From an uncultured virus (IMG/VR IMGVR_UViG_3300032134_000001) (Duplodnaviria > Heunggongvirae > Uroviricota > Caudoviricetes), in IMG/VR virus record IMGVR_UViG_3300032134_000001: a stretch of DNA of 64,000 nt; one strand, 5' to 3'. Below the pieces are notes generated by a model. That model was not told the origin of the DNA. It made no database searches and was given only the letters and a program-made list of their open reading frames with translations. Shown one piece after another: positions 35,262 through 44,221 of the stretch. Position 1 is the stretch's first letter. Each line of letters begins with the position of its first letter. The position numbers and the translations under genes were made by a program.

Positions 35262-37063
35262 GCCAGTCCACCTTCGCAGACCGAACTGTCCTCCGCATCT
35301 TGGGGGAGCAGGGACCAAGCCGCACAGCATTGATCACGGTGTGGGCCTGGGATGACGCTGTGACCAAGCTCCAGGTGCTCACCGCGGTCAAGAAGCTGCG
35401 AGACCTGGGGGCCATCGAGGTCGGTCCTCCCGACCCGCGGGGTGAGCAGACCTGGCAGCTCTCCACGCACGCCCGCAACAACCCCAACTGGGACTGGTGG
35501 AAGAAGGAGGCCACGCGGCGCGGGAAGCGGGCAGGCAAGCGAGCCCAGTACGGCGCGAAGGTCGGCTACAAGTACGGCAAGAAGGGCGCGAAAGAAGCAG
35601 CTCGTCGCAGCAGGCACGGTGCAGCCCTCGCAGCTTGGAAGGCCAAGGAGCAGGCAGCAGCCGCGGACATCTACCGCTTGGAGAGCTGCGCTTCGGCCCT
35701 CGGCTTCGACCCCTACAAGCTCCCCGCCCCTGGCGACCAGGTGATCAGCCGGGCCTACAGCAAGCGGGCGAAGATCCGGGACACACAGCGCCCGTTGCTC
35801 GCCAACTACAACCCCCGAGCCCGCGACAACTTCTTCTGGGGCAAGAAGAAGACCAGTGCGCCGATGCTGCCGGTCATCCCCTTCGAGGAGGCCCTCCAGC
35901 GAGCACGAGCCCTGGGCAAGCAGGCTCCCCTGACTCGCGACCAGTACTACCTGGTGCGGATGCCGGCTCCCGGCGGGCGCCCGGGGACCATGTGGTACTT
36001 CCTGAACGGCCTTCGCGACCGCTCCTTCGAGATGGCCTCGGGCAGTGCCAGCCCCAAGGGCTACATCACGCGTGCGGACCCCTGGCGGGACGTCTACAAC
36101 AACTTCCGGGCTCACCGCAGCCCGGAGAAGTACAGCGTCGTCTTGCTCGATACGCTGGAGAACAAGGTCGGAGGGGTCTACGACTATGCCCGTGTCGCAG
36201 CCACCATCCAGGCCAAGGCCAAGGCCAATCCTGAGTTCCAGGTGGTCGCTTTGGGGCATCCGTCGTGGGACACGGAGGCTCGGCTTTACGCCCCTTACGA
36301 CTACGAGGTAGACGCTCGAAGTCTGAGGGCAGCTCGAAAGCAGCTCAGGCAAGAGGGCTACGCAGTCCACACTGGCTACGACCATGCCAGCCCTGAGTAC
36401 CCGGGAGAGCCTCGGAAGAGCAAGAAGTCCCGGAAGGCTCGAAGGAAAGGGAAGAGGGCCAAGGCCAATCCCCAGGCTCGGGAGAACTGGCAGGCGCAGG
36501 CCGCTCAGCTTGCCATCCAGTTCGGGGTGCCCATCGCCAAGAAGATCGGGGCAAAGAGGTGGGGCATCCTCATGGCCATGTCCGTGGACGAACGGACTGA
36601 TTGGCTGCTCAACACCGCCAAGATGACCTCGTGGCTCGGCGGACCTGCTGGGCGAATCGGCTTCGGTGTGTGGCCCGACAAGATCCAGAGGAAGGTGTTC
36701 AGGGCCGTCTCGGAGGCGATGACTGACCCGCAGGTGCAGCAGGCGACCCTGGAGGCTGCGAAGCTCGGTGGGTCGGTGGCCCAAGCCAAGTACGGCAAGG
36801 CGGCTGCGAACCCGGCTCCGATGGTCTGGGAAGAGCGCATCTACCAGAACGGGAAGCTCTACAACACCCTCCACTTCGACACGCTCGACGACTTCTTCCG
36901 CATGATCGACGGGGAGGACCCCCAAGAGGGCAACGAGCAGGTCTACGCCAACTGGAAGGGGGGCCGCGGGTCGGCCGAGACCTGGTACGTCGACGGGACC
37001 GACACGCGGTGGACGCTGAAGTTCAGGAAGGTCCAGGACCCACGCCGCCGCCGACGACGATAG
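35258..37063 (+). CDS. large basic modular xxNP protein
   Basis: MSQSTF start; ARNNP, ANYNP, ARDN, AKANP twice, AREN and AAANP. Confidence 0.75.
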   Translation: MSQSTFADRTVLRILGEQGPSRTALITVWAWDDAVTKLQVLTAVKKLRDLGAIEVGPPDPRGEQTWQLSTHARNNPNWDWWKKEATRRGKRAGKRAQYGAKVGYKYGKKGAKEAARRSRHGAALAAWKAKEQAAAADIYRLESCASALGFDPYKLPAPGDQVISRAYSKRAKIRDTQRPLLANYNPRARDNFFWGKKKTSAPMLPVIPFEEALQRARALGKQAPLTRDQYYLVRMPAPGGRPGTMWYFLNGLRDRSFEMASGSASPKGYITRADPWRDVYNNFRAHRSPEKYSVVLLDTLENKVGGVYDYARVAATIQAKAKANPEFQVVALGHPSWDTEARLYAPYDYEVDARSLRAARKQLRQEGYAVHTGYDHASPEYPGEPRKSKKSRKARRKGKRAKANPQARENWQAQAAQLAIQFGVPIAKKIGAKRWGILMAMSVDERTDWLLNTAKMTSWLGGPAGRIGFGVWPDKIQRKVFRAVSEAMTDPQVQQATLEAAKLGGSVAQAKYGKAAANPAPMVWEERIYQNGKLYNTLHFDTLDDFFRMIDGEDPQEGNEQVYANWKGGRGSAETWYVDGTDTRWTLKFRKVQDPRRRRRR

Positions 37064-37072
37064 CGCTGGGCG

Positions 37073-37834
37073 ATGCGGATTCTTCACACCAGCGACCTCC
37101 ACGGGATGTGGCGGCTTCCGATGCGCTACGAGGACTTCGATGTCTGGGTGGACACGGGTGACTTCATCCCCAACGTCTCGCGAGGCGAGCGGGTCGAGGC
37201 CAACTTCCAGCGCCTCTGGCTGACCAAGAGCAAGCTCAAGGTCCGCAAGCTGACCATGCCGTGGCTCCGAGAGCGCTACGGCTCAGAAGCAAGCTACTGG
37301 TACCCCAAGGGGTCGCGTCAGCCGCCGTCCTCGGGCAGCATTGTCGGTGAGCTGACTCGCTGGCTTCGTGGACGCCCGTTCATCTCGGTGCAAGGCAACC
37401 ACGACTTCACCAGCCTGGCCCGGCCAATGCAGAGGGCAGGGGCCAAGGTGTGGGATGTCGCTGACGGGCCTGTCGAGATTGACGGTGAGCGGTTTGCTGG
37501 GTTCCGGCACATCCCCTTCATCACAGGCGAGTGGGCGGGTGAGATGGGTCGGGGGGTTCTCGGTACGATGGAAGGGGCGCGGCGGACGGCTAAGGCGATG
37601 GCAGCCGACCCGACGGTGCTTGTGACTCACTCCCCCGGGATGGGTGTTCTCGACCAGTGCCCGTCCAAGGGGGGTCGCTGTGGCATCCCTGGCATCACCA
37701 CGCACCTCTTCATGAAGCCGAACCGGGTCAAGCTCCATCTCTTTGGCCACGTCCATGAGGAGCCCAACGTGCATCAGGAGGACGGCATCGTCTTCTCGAA
37801 CGCGGCGCAAACAGCCAGGATCATTCACCTGTGA
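37073..37834 (+). CDS. calcineurin-like metallophosphoesterase
   Basis: SDLH, TGD, GNHD, THSP and FGHVHE. Confidence 0.9.
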   Translation: MRILHTSDLHGMWRLPMRYEDFDVWVDTGDFIPNVSRGERVEANFQRLWLTKSKLKVRKLTMPWLRERYGSEASYWYPKGSRQPPSSGSIVGELTRWLRGRPFISVQGNHDFTSLARPMQRAGAKVWDVADGPVEIDGERFAGFRHIPFITGEWAGEMGRGVLGTMEGARRTAKAMAADPTVLVTHSPGMGVLDQCPSKGGRCGIPGITTHLFMKPNRVKLHLFGHVHEEPNVHQEDGIVFSNAAQTARIIHL

Positions 37835-38328
37835 GTTGGCTCGACCGCTTCGAGGGCATCAGTCCGACTCGTCGCATCGTCTTGGCCACCGGGCCAATCA
37901 CGCGCTTCGTCAACATGAGGTCGCGGCAGTCGATGGAGTTCAAGCCCAAGGGCCTCTGGTACGCCTGCGGTGACGCTTGGCTCGACTGGCTCGACTCTGG
38001 GATGCCCGAGTGGAAAGAGAACACCACGCACATCTACGAGCTGAAGCTCGGGGTCGGTGTGCTCTACCTCAAGAGTGCCGCTGAGGTGGAAGAGTTCGCC
38101 GCTCGCTACGCGAAGGGTCGCTTCCCCGGCGACAGGTCGGCGTACATCGACTGGCCCACAGTTGCTCGCCGCTACACGGGGATCGAGATCTGCCCCTACC
38201 AGTGGGAGCTGCGCATGAAGGCGGGCTTCATGTGGTACTACGGCTGGGACGTGGCCTCTGGCTGTATCTGGGCCCAGCCCGGAGTCAGCCAGATCATGCT
38301 CCTGGCCACGAAGCCGGGGGTCGGCTGA
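37831..38328 (+). CDS. conserved viral hypothetical protein
   Basis: KPKGLWYACG, IDWPTVARRYTGIEI and WYYGWDVASGCIW. Confidence 0.75.
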   Translation: MSWLDRFEGISPTRRIVLATGPITRFVNMRSRQSMEFKPKGLWYACGDAWLDWLDSGMPEWKENTTHIYELKLGVGVLYLKSAAEVEEFAARYAKGRFPGDRSAYIDWPTVARRYTGIEICPYQWELRMKAGFMWYYGWDVASGCIWAQPGVSQIMLLATKPGVG

Positions 38329-38630
38329 TGGCGAACAAGTACACCCTCTTCGCAGGGCGCAAGCTCACTGGGCTGGTCTTCTGCGTGGTCGGGATGGTCG
38401 GGACAGCTCTGGGCACGCTGGGTCTCTGTGCGGCTGAGATGCTGGACGCCAGCTTCGCCACCAACATCACCATCACGGTCGTGAGTGGCATCGGCACGCT
38501 GTTCGCCACTTTCGTCGGTGGCAACTACGGCGAGCACATCGCCAAGAACAAGTACGGCAACGGGCACGCTACTCCTCCTGGGCCGGTGTCTCCTCCCTCA
38601 GAGCCTGCTGTCTCAGCTCCTCCTTCGTGA
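38328..38630 (+). CDS. two-TM membrane protein (holin-like)
   Basis: GRKL followed by two TM helices, then GGNYGEH. Confidence 0.6.
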   Translation: MANKYTLFAGRKLTGLVFCVVGMVGTALGTLGLCAAEMLDASFATNITITVVSGIGTLFATFVGGNYGEHIAKNKYGNGHATPPGPVSPPSEPAVSAPPS

Positions 38631-38772
38631 CGATCCACTGGGCCAAGAGGACGATGCCCGCCAAGTCGTGGGCGGCATCCGCACTGAGGTGGGTACCGGG
38701 GTCGGCATCGGAGAGCTTGGCCCACCACCCAACCAGGCCACGGGCCAGTTGCAGGGCACGCTGCTCGGCCAT
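38569..38772 (-). CDS. small counter-oriented hypothetical protein
   Basis: Extended -10 TGcTACTGT 6 nt before the ATG; helical protein-like sequence. Confidence 0.5.
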   Translation of the reverse strand: MAEQRALQLARGLVGWWAKLSDADPGTHLSADAAHDLAGIVLLAQWIVTKEELRQQALREETPAQEE

Positions 38773-38853
38773 GACCACACAGTAGCACTCCGTCTGCGCC
38801 CGACCAGGCGACCAAAGAAGCTGCTTCTGCTACTACTCCTGGAGGAGTACCTC

Positions 38854-39237
38854 ATGGCCCACGCCCAAGACAACCCCGCCTGGACACCCCTGGGCCTTCT
38901 CGCTGTTGGTCTCGTCGGGGCTGGCGCGTGGTGGCTCTACTCGGAGCGGCAGAAGGACAAGGAAGCCGAAGAGGCGTTCCTCGCCCTGGCGGCCGAGGTT
39001 GAGCTGGAGCAGGGCTTCAACCCCATGACGCTGATCACCAAGGTCGGCAACATGATGGGGGACCTGAAGGTCACGGGCCTCAGCGCCCTGAAGAGCGGCA
39101 GCGTTGTCGAAGACGACCTGGGTGAAGAGCACAAGTACACGGCGGGGAAGGCGTGGCTTGTCCAGGCCACGATTCACGGCGACCCCGTTGTCCTCCTTGT
39201 GCGGCGCAACGGGTCCGTCGAACTTCTGGAAGGCTGA
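38854..39237 (+). CDS. membrane protein with N-terminal TM
   Basis: GGAGGAG RBS; MAHAQDNP then a TM segment; second FNP. Confidence 0.75.
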   Translation: MAHAQDNPAWTPLGLLAVGLVGAGAWWLYSERQKDKEAEEAFLALAAEVELEQGFNPMTLITKVGNMMGDLKVTGLSALKSGSVVEDDLGEEHKYTAGKAWLVQATIHGDPVVLLVRRNGSVELLEG

Positions 39238-39240
39238 GCC

Positions 39241-39747
39241 ATGTCAGAGCACGACGACTACGCCCGCTCAAGAATGTCCTTCCGTCCGTCGGTCTACTCG
39301 ACGGGCGTGGAGCCAGTGCAGTCCTACACGCCGGTGTGGCCTGAGGGGCAGGAGTACGGAGCCTGGTACAGCCCTGACCAGCTCTACAAGTACACTCCCA
39401 TCGGCTACGTCTACGACAAGTACATGACCGAGAAGGAGGAGTCCGCGGGTGGTCTCTGCACGGACTGGGACGGTGCTCTGGGCAAGAAGGGTGCGCAGGT
39501 CAGCTGCCACGAGCTGGCTCAGAAGATGGGCCTCAAGGGTGCAGGTGAAGGCGAGTTCTCGCCCTCCGACCTCCTGCCTACGGCAGTCCAGGAAGTCCTG
39601 GGCATCGAGGACAAGCCCGGCTGCGACGAGGACTGTCAGCGCAAGAAGAAGTGGAAGCAGGCGCTCGGCATCCTGGTGCCTCTGATCGGTGTGGTCGGCG
39701 GTGTCGTCGCCTACCAGCGCTACCAGAAGACGGGGAAGATCATCTGA
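39241..39747 (+). CDS. C-terminally anchored protein with FRPSVYS...EYGA leader
   Basis: Four Cys; C-terminal TM flanked by basic residues. Confidence 0.75.
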   Translation: MSEHDDYARSRMSFRPSVYSTGVEPVQSYTPVWPEGQEYGAWYSPDQLYKYTPIGYVYDKYMTEKEESAGGLCTDWDGALGKKGAQVSCHELAQKMGLKGAGEGEFSPSDLLPTAVQEVLGIEDKPGCDEDCQRKKKWKQALGILVPLIGVVGGVVAYQRYQKTGKII

Positions 39748-40256
39748 TGCCCCTCATGCACCACGTCGAGCGGCTCTCGATCTCTGACCCTCGCTACAAC
39801 GTCCGCGAGATCGTGAAGCAGATGCTCCTGCTGGAGCAGCACCTGCTCGAAGAGAGCAAGTACTGCCCGGACTGTATCTCCAAGCACATCCTCACCATCG
39901 AGGCGCTGGCGGAGGAAGGGCAGAACCTGGACAGGAACCAGGAGTGGAGCAAGACCTTCACTCCGCTGGTCGGCAAGGCCCGCGTCTGGGGCGCAGCCTT
40001 CTCTGCCGGTGCGCCCCCCAAGCACATCGGACAGGCCGTGCGGAAGGTCCGCAAGACCTTGGCTCCCGACCTGCTCTCCCCCATCGCGCAGTCGGAGCTG
40101 GACCAGCTCGACACGACAGAGCTGGCAGGCTTCATCGGCCCGGACATGGGAACGGGTGAGTGGAAGGTCTGGGCCGTGCTCTTCGCAGGCCTCGCCGCCG
40201 GCGTGTGGCTGACAGAACGCAGGCTTGGGCCCAACGCCCAGAGGAGGCTGACATGA
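39747..40256 (+). CDS. C-terminally anchored protein
   Basis: LLLEQHL...CPDCISKH; C-terminal TM. Confidence 0.75.
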   Translation: MPLMHHVERLSISDPRYNVREIVKQMLLLEQHLLEESKYCPDCISKHILTIEALAEEGQNLDRNQEWSKTFTPLVGKARVWGAAFSAGAPPKHIGQAVRKVRKTLAPDLLSPIAQSELDQLDTTELAGFIGPDMGTGEWKVWAVLFAGLAAGVWLTERRLGPNAQRRLT

Positions 40257-40507
40257 GCCAGTACGACAAGTTGGTGGGCGGGCGTCTCCTGCAGAACCCC
40301 GAGCCTTCCATGCCGACTCACTACATCGACGACGCCCAGTACGAGATGCTGATGGACGCGCTCAACAACCCGGCGAAGGGTCATGGTGTGGCCTGGTGGA
40401 CTGCGGTGGTGGTTGGGGTGGGCCTCGTGGTCTTCCCCGAGCCTGCGACGACTGCGACGGGCCTGGCTCTCTTGGCCGGTACTCTCACGCTCGGGTCCAT
40501 GAAGTAG
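40253..40507 (+). CDS. small membrane protein
   Basis: LQNP and LNNP; VFPEPATTATGL hairpin TM. Confidence 0.7.
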   Translation: MSQYDKLVGGRLLQNPEPSMPTHYIDDAQYEMLMDALNNPAKGHGVAWWTAVVVGVGLVVFPEPATTATGLALLAGTLTLGSMK

Positions 40508-41385
40508 TGAGCCAGCTCCGCCACACCCTGACCGACCTCCTCGCGAACCTGCGAGCTATCCATTGGCACGCTTGGAACACGCACTGGAAAGCTCAGGGTG
40601 GAGATTCGTACTCCGACCACCTCCTGTTCCAGCGCATCTATGCAGGGGACGGGGGAGGCCCGAAGATCGAGGACCAAATCGACGGTCTGGGCGAGCGCAT
40701 CATCGCTTTGTTCGGCAACAGGTCGGTGGATGGAGTGGCTATCTCCCGCAAGGCGGCCGACATCCATCAGCGCATACAAGACATGGGCAGGGTGGCTGGG
40801 GCTTTGGCTTTGGAGAAGGAAGCGCTCCAGCGTGTAGCAGCAGTAGCAGACCAAGTAGAGAAAGGTCCTGCCGAGCTGCGCGTTAGCCTCGACAACTTCG
40901 TCCGAGAGCTTGCCGATTCACGCAGCACGGTCATCTACCTGCTCCAGCAGAGGCTGAAGGGCGGGACAGACAACTATGGCGCTGTGTCTGCCGACACCCT
41001 CTCTACCGGAGGAATGGTTGGAGGGGCTGCACTTATCACCGGCATCATCCTCCTCCCCTCTCTTGTCATCACCCCCTTTATTCTCAAGGCCTTCGTACCC
41101 AAGTGGAGCTACGGACGACGGGTGGTGGCTGGCTTTGGCCTCGGCATGGGCATCGCAGCGATCACGAGAGTTGTGAAGGCAGCGAACCCTTCCACTGTGG
41201 TGGTGGAAGAGGCAAGATCCAACGTGGTTTACCTGGATGACTACCGGGACGTCGGTACTCTTGTTGACGAAGACGAAGAAGCTCTCTTCACGGCGGAAAG
41301 GCGGGGACAACTCATGGGCTGGGCCTTCCTGGGTCTCATGGGGTACGTCGCCTACTGGAACTCTCAGCAGCCTCAGAGGGGGTAG
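40507..41385 (+). CDS. Dps/ferritin-like domain fused to three TM segments
   Basis: NTHWKAQGGDSYSDHLLFQRIY and EDQIDGLGERI (Dps pattern); DNYGA then hydrophobic helices. Confidence 0.8.
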   Translation: MSQLRHTLTDLLANLRAIHWHAWNTHWKAQGGDSYSDHLLFQRIYAGDGGGPKIEDQIDGLGERIIALFGNRSVDGVAISRKAADIHQRIQDMGRVAGALALEKEALQRVAAVADQVEKGPAELRVSLDNFVRELADSRSTVIYLLQQRLKGGTDNYGAVSADTLSTGGMVGGAALITGIILLPSLVITPFILKAFVPKWSYGRRVVAGFGLGMGIAAITRVVKAANPSTVVVEEARSNVVYLDDYRDVGTLVDEDEEALFTAERRGQLMGWAFLGLMGYVAYWNSQQPQRG

Positions 41386-41388
41386 ACG

Positions 41389-41745
41389 ATGATCGAGCTG
41401 ATCACCCGCTGGCTCCAGGCCGTCTGCTCTCACGACGTGAACCGAGTCCTGTCGCTCTACTGCTCCGATGCGGTGCTGCTGGGCACCTTCGCGTCGGAGA
41501 TCAAGCAGGGCCAGGAGTTGGTCGACTACTTCCGTGCGTTCCTCGGCAAGTCTGAGCTTTGCGGCCAGATCGACGAGTGCATCATGCAGGAGACACCAGG
41601 CGGGCCCGTCCTCTCTGGGATCTACACCTTCTGGTGGGTTGGGCCTGGCGGTCCTGAACGGGAACGGGCTCGCTTTTCCTTCGTCTTCACGCTGGTCGGA
41701 GAGGACTGGCTGATCGTGAATCACCACTCGTCGCTGGTGCCCTGA
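41389..41745 (+). CDS. NTF2-like (SnoaL/CaMKII-association-like) protein
   Basis: LYCSDAVLLGT, SGIYTF, ARFSFVF and WLIVNHHSS. Confidence 0.85.
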   Translation: MIELITRWLQAVCSHDVNRVLSLYCSDAVLLGTFASEIKQGQELVDYFRAFLGKSELCGQIDECIMQETPGGPVLSGIYTFWWVGPGGPERERARFSFVFTLVGEDWLIVNHHSSLVP

Positions 41746-42749
41746 TGCCTGGCGTGCGCATGGGAGCCGGTCCCGCGACGGGCCAGTACTACGTCACCAT
41801 CGCCGGCGAGCGGGGCATGAGCCCTGATGGCTGGCACTGGGGCTACCTCGCTGGTCGAGTCCCCGAGCTGGTGAAGATCAAGGGCCCCCTGGTGCCCGGC
41901 ACCCGCATCCAGTTCAAGCGGATGCACGGGAACACGGCGACCCAGTGGGCCATCCTGCGCGACCGTCAGCGGATGCCTCAGCACAGCGCCCGCGGGATGC
42001 CCGGGCCTGGCATGGTGGGCTTCGACGCCTACTCGATGCACCCCGGCGTCCGCGTGGTGGTGCCTCCTGCCCGAGTCAACCCCTTGGAGTTCCAGCCCTC
42101 CGAGTACAGCGGCGACTACGGGTGGGCTTCGTCCTTCCCGGTGGCCGCCCTGACGGTGAGCGCGACGGCCAGGGCTCGGGGCATGAGCAACCAGCCGGCC
42201 ACCTCGACCCACAACAGCAACCTCTCGCTCCTGTCGGACTTCCTCGGCAAGCTGCCCTTCACCCTGCGGATCAACTCGGGGTACCGGGCCCCTGACGTGA
42301 ACTCCGCGGTCGGCGGTGCGAAGTCCAGCCAGCACATGAACGGGCTCGCGGTCGATGCCTCGCCTCAGGGCGTGAGCAACAAGGACGTGGCAGCCTGGCT
42401 GTTCGAGCACCGGCGTGAGTTCCCCGAGCTGGACCAGGTGATCTGGTACACAGACACGAGCCACATCCACATCGGAATCTGCCCAGCTCGGGGTCAGAAC
42501 TGCGCGAGAAGCTCCGGGTCCCGAGGCGAGTTCCTCCGGGCTAACAAGGAGGGCGGCACCTACCTCCCGTGGGCGCCGACGGCAGAAGAGACCGCCAAGA
42601 TGGCTGCACTCTACGCTTACCACCGGCCCGTGCAGAGCCTGGCCTTTGTCTGGGGGCTGAGCCTGGTCGGCGCGGCCGGCGTGCTCGGCCTGCTGTTCTT
42701 CATCGAGAAGAAGGTGGAGGCGAAGCGAGCCGCGAAGGCGACGGCCTGA
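41745..42749 (+). CDS. peptidase M15A-like zinc peptidase with N-terminal extension and C-terminal TM
   Basis: INSGYR...NSAVGGAKSSQHMNGLAVD...HIHIG. Confidence 0.88.
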   Translation: MPGVRMGAGPATGQYYVTIAGERGMSPDGWHWGYLAGRVPELVKIKGPLVPGTRIQFKRMHGNTATQWAILRDRQRMPQHSARGMPGPGMVGFDAYSMHPGVRVVVPPARVNPLEFQPSEYSGDYGWASSFPVAALTVSATARARGMSNQPATSTHNSNLSLLSDFLGKLPFTLRINSGYRAPDVNSAVGGAKSSQHMNGLAVDASPQGVSNKDVAAWLFEHRREFPELDQVIWYTDTSHIHIGICPARGQNCARSSGSRGEFLRANKEGGTYLPWAPTAEETAKMAALYAYHRPVQSLAFVWGLSLVGAAGVLGLLFFIEKKVEAKRAAKATA

Positions 42750-43396
42750 TGCCGGTCTTCCAGCCCAGCCCCTACAGCCGCCGCACCAATCCCATGTGGA
42801 TCTACCGGGGGCAGTACCTCGATACCGGGGGTGACTACGGCGGCCCCGCGGACCAAGCAGTGGGCCTCAACAGCGGGCAGCGGGCCAACGCCCGCATCAT
42901 CGAGCGCGAGTTCAGCGCTGCGGGGTTCGGCTCTCCGGTGGTCGCTGCGGCGATCATCAACGCCCTCGCGGAGTCCATGCTGAACAACGAGGCTGTAGGA
43001 GACGGTGGGTCCTCCGTGGGCCTCTTCCAGCTGCACGAGCGCGGCGGTGGGCACGGGATGAGCGTCGAGGACCGGAAGAACCCGACACTCAACACCCGGC
43101 GCATCATCGACCAGGCCAAGAAGGCCAAGGGCTTCATGGCGAAGGTCCATGCGGGAGTCACCTCAGTCCCTGAGCTGGCCGCAGCCTTCTCCACCTACGT
43201 GGAACGGCCAGCTGACAAACCCGGCAACGAGGTCAAGCGCGCGGCGATGGTCGCGCGTTACTTCCCCGGAGAGCTTGCCGCCCTGGCGACTCACGAAGTG
43301 AAAACAGCCCCCTGGTGGATGTGGGGGTTGATGGTCTCGTCCACCCTGGTCGCTCTCTGGGGCCTCAAGGGGGTGGTGCAGAACAGGAGGAAGTAG
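42749..43396 (+). CDS. phage-tail-lysozyme-like peptidoglycan hydrolase with C-terminal TM
   Basis: AAIINALAES, GDGGSSVGLFQ and YVERPA; start at MPVFQPSPYS. Confidence 0.8.
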   Translation: MPVFQPSPYSRRTNPMWIYRGQYLDTGGDYGGPADQAVGLNSGQRANARIIEREFSAAGFGSPVVAAAIINALAESMLNNEAVGDGGSSVGLFQLHERGGGHGMSVEDRKNPTLNTRRIIDQAKKAKGFMAKVHAGVTSVPELAAAFSTYVERPADKPGNEVKRAAMVARYFPGELAALATHEVKTAPWWMWGLMVSSTLVALWGLKGVVQNRRK

Positions 43397-43397
43397 G

Positions 43398-43661
43398 ATG
43401 CCCGAGTACGACATCAACGCGGTCATCGAGACGGGTGACTACGACCTGACCATCCAGGAGAGGCTGCCCTTCCGCAAAGGTGAGGAGATGGCCTACGAAG
43501 TGCTGGAGGGCGGCATTGTCCAGGAGGACGGGAGCATCCCTTGCACCGTCAAGCTCAAGCTCCCGCCGCGTCTCCGAGGCCGCGTGGTGAAGGCCAGGCT
43601 GGTCCCACACAACCGCACCGTCCCGCTGCTGATGGGGATGGGCGTCACCGGGTTGGCTTGA
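43398..43661 (+). CDS. hypothetical protein
   Basis: AGGAGG RBS. Confidence 0.7.
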   Translation: MPEYDINAVIETGDYDLTIQERLPFRKGEEMAYEVLEGGIVQEDGSIPCTVKLKLPPRLRGRVVKARLVPHNRTVPLLMGMGVTGLA

Positions 43662-44146
43662 TGAAGCCCGTCGAGTTGCACATCTACGACTTCGATGGCG
43701 CGCTCTACGACAGCCCCCGGCTTCGCGTAGATCGACCGGACTGGTGGTACTCCGCCAAGAGCCTGAAGGGCTGGGGAGCACCAGGGCGCGACTCGAAGTG
43801 GATTCTCGGCACGGTGGTGCAAGCTCGCCGCTCTGCCCAGACGCCGTGGGTGTGGTCCGCGCTCCTCACCGGCCGCCCCGAGCACCGGGAGATGACTCAG
43901 ACCCTGCGGCAGATGCTCTCGGGTGCTGGCCTTCGCTTCAACACGGTGCAGCTCAAGCCGATCTGGCCTCCGATCGGGACGCCGGCCTACAAGGCGCTGA
44001 AGGTGGTGGACTGGATCACGGACCACCCGACCATCCGCAAGGTGGACTACTACGATGACCTCCAAGAGAACCTCGACGCGGTCGGGGCCGTCGTAGTGGA
44101 CGCGGGACTGCGGTACACCCCCCACCTGACAGCGGGTGTCTCGTAG
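43661..44146 (+). CDS. HAD-superfamily phosphatase (Swiss-Army-Knife RNA-repair-like)
   Basis: IYDFDGALYDSP, LLTGR, LKP and YYDD. Confidence 0.8.
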   Translation: MKPVELHIYDFDGALYDSPRLRVDRPDWWYSAKSLKGWGAPGRDSKWILGTVVQARRSAQTPWVWSALLTGRPEHREMTQTLRQMLSGAGLRFNTVQLKPIWPPIGTPAYKALKVVDWITDHPTIRKVDYYDDLQENLDAVGAVVVDAGLRYTPHLTAGVS

Positions 44147-44221
44147 CACCGCAGGTTGAGCAGGGTGCGGGGCGCGGCAGTGCCGCCCGGCTAAGCTGCT
44201 ACCTCTAAGGAGAGCTTCCCC

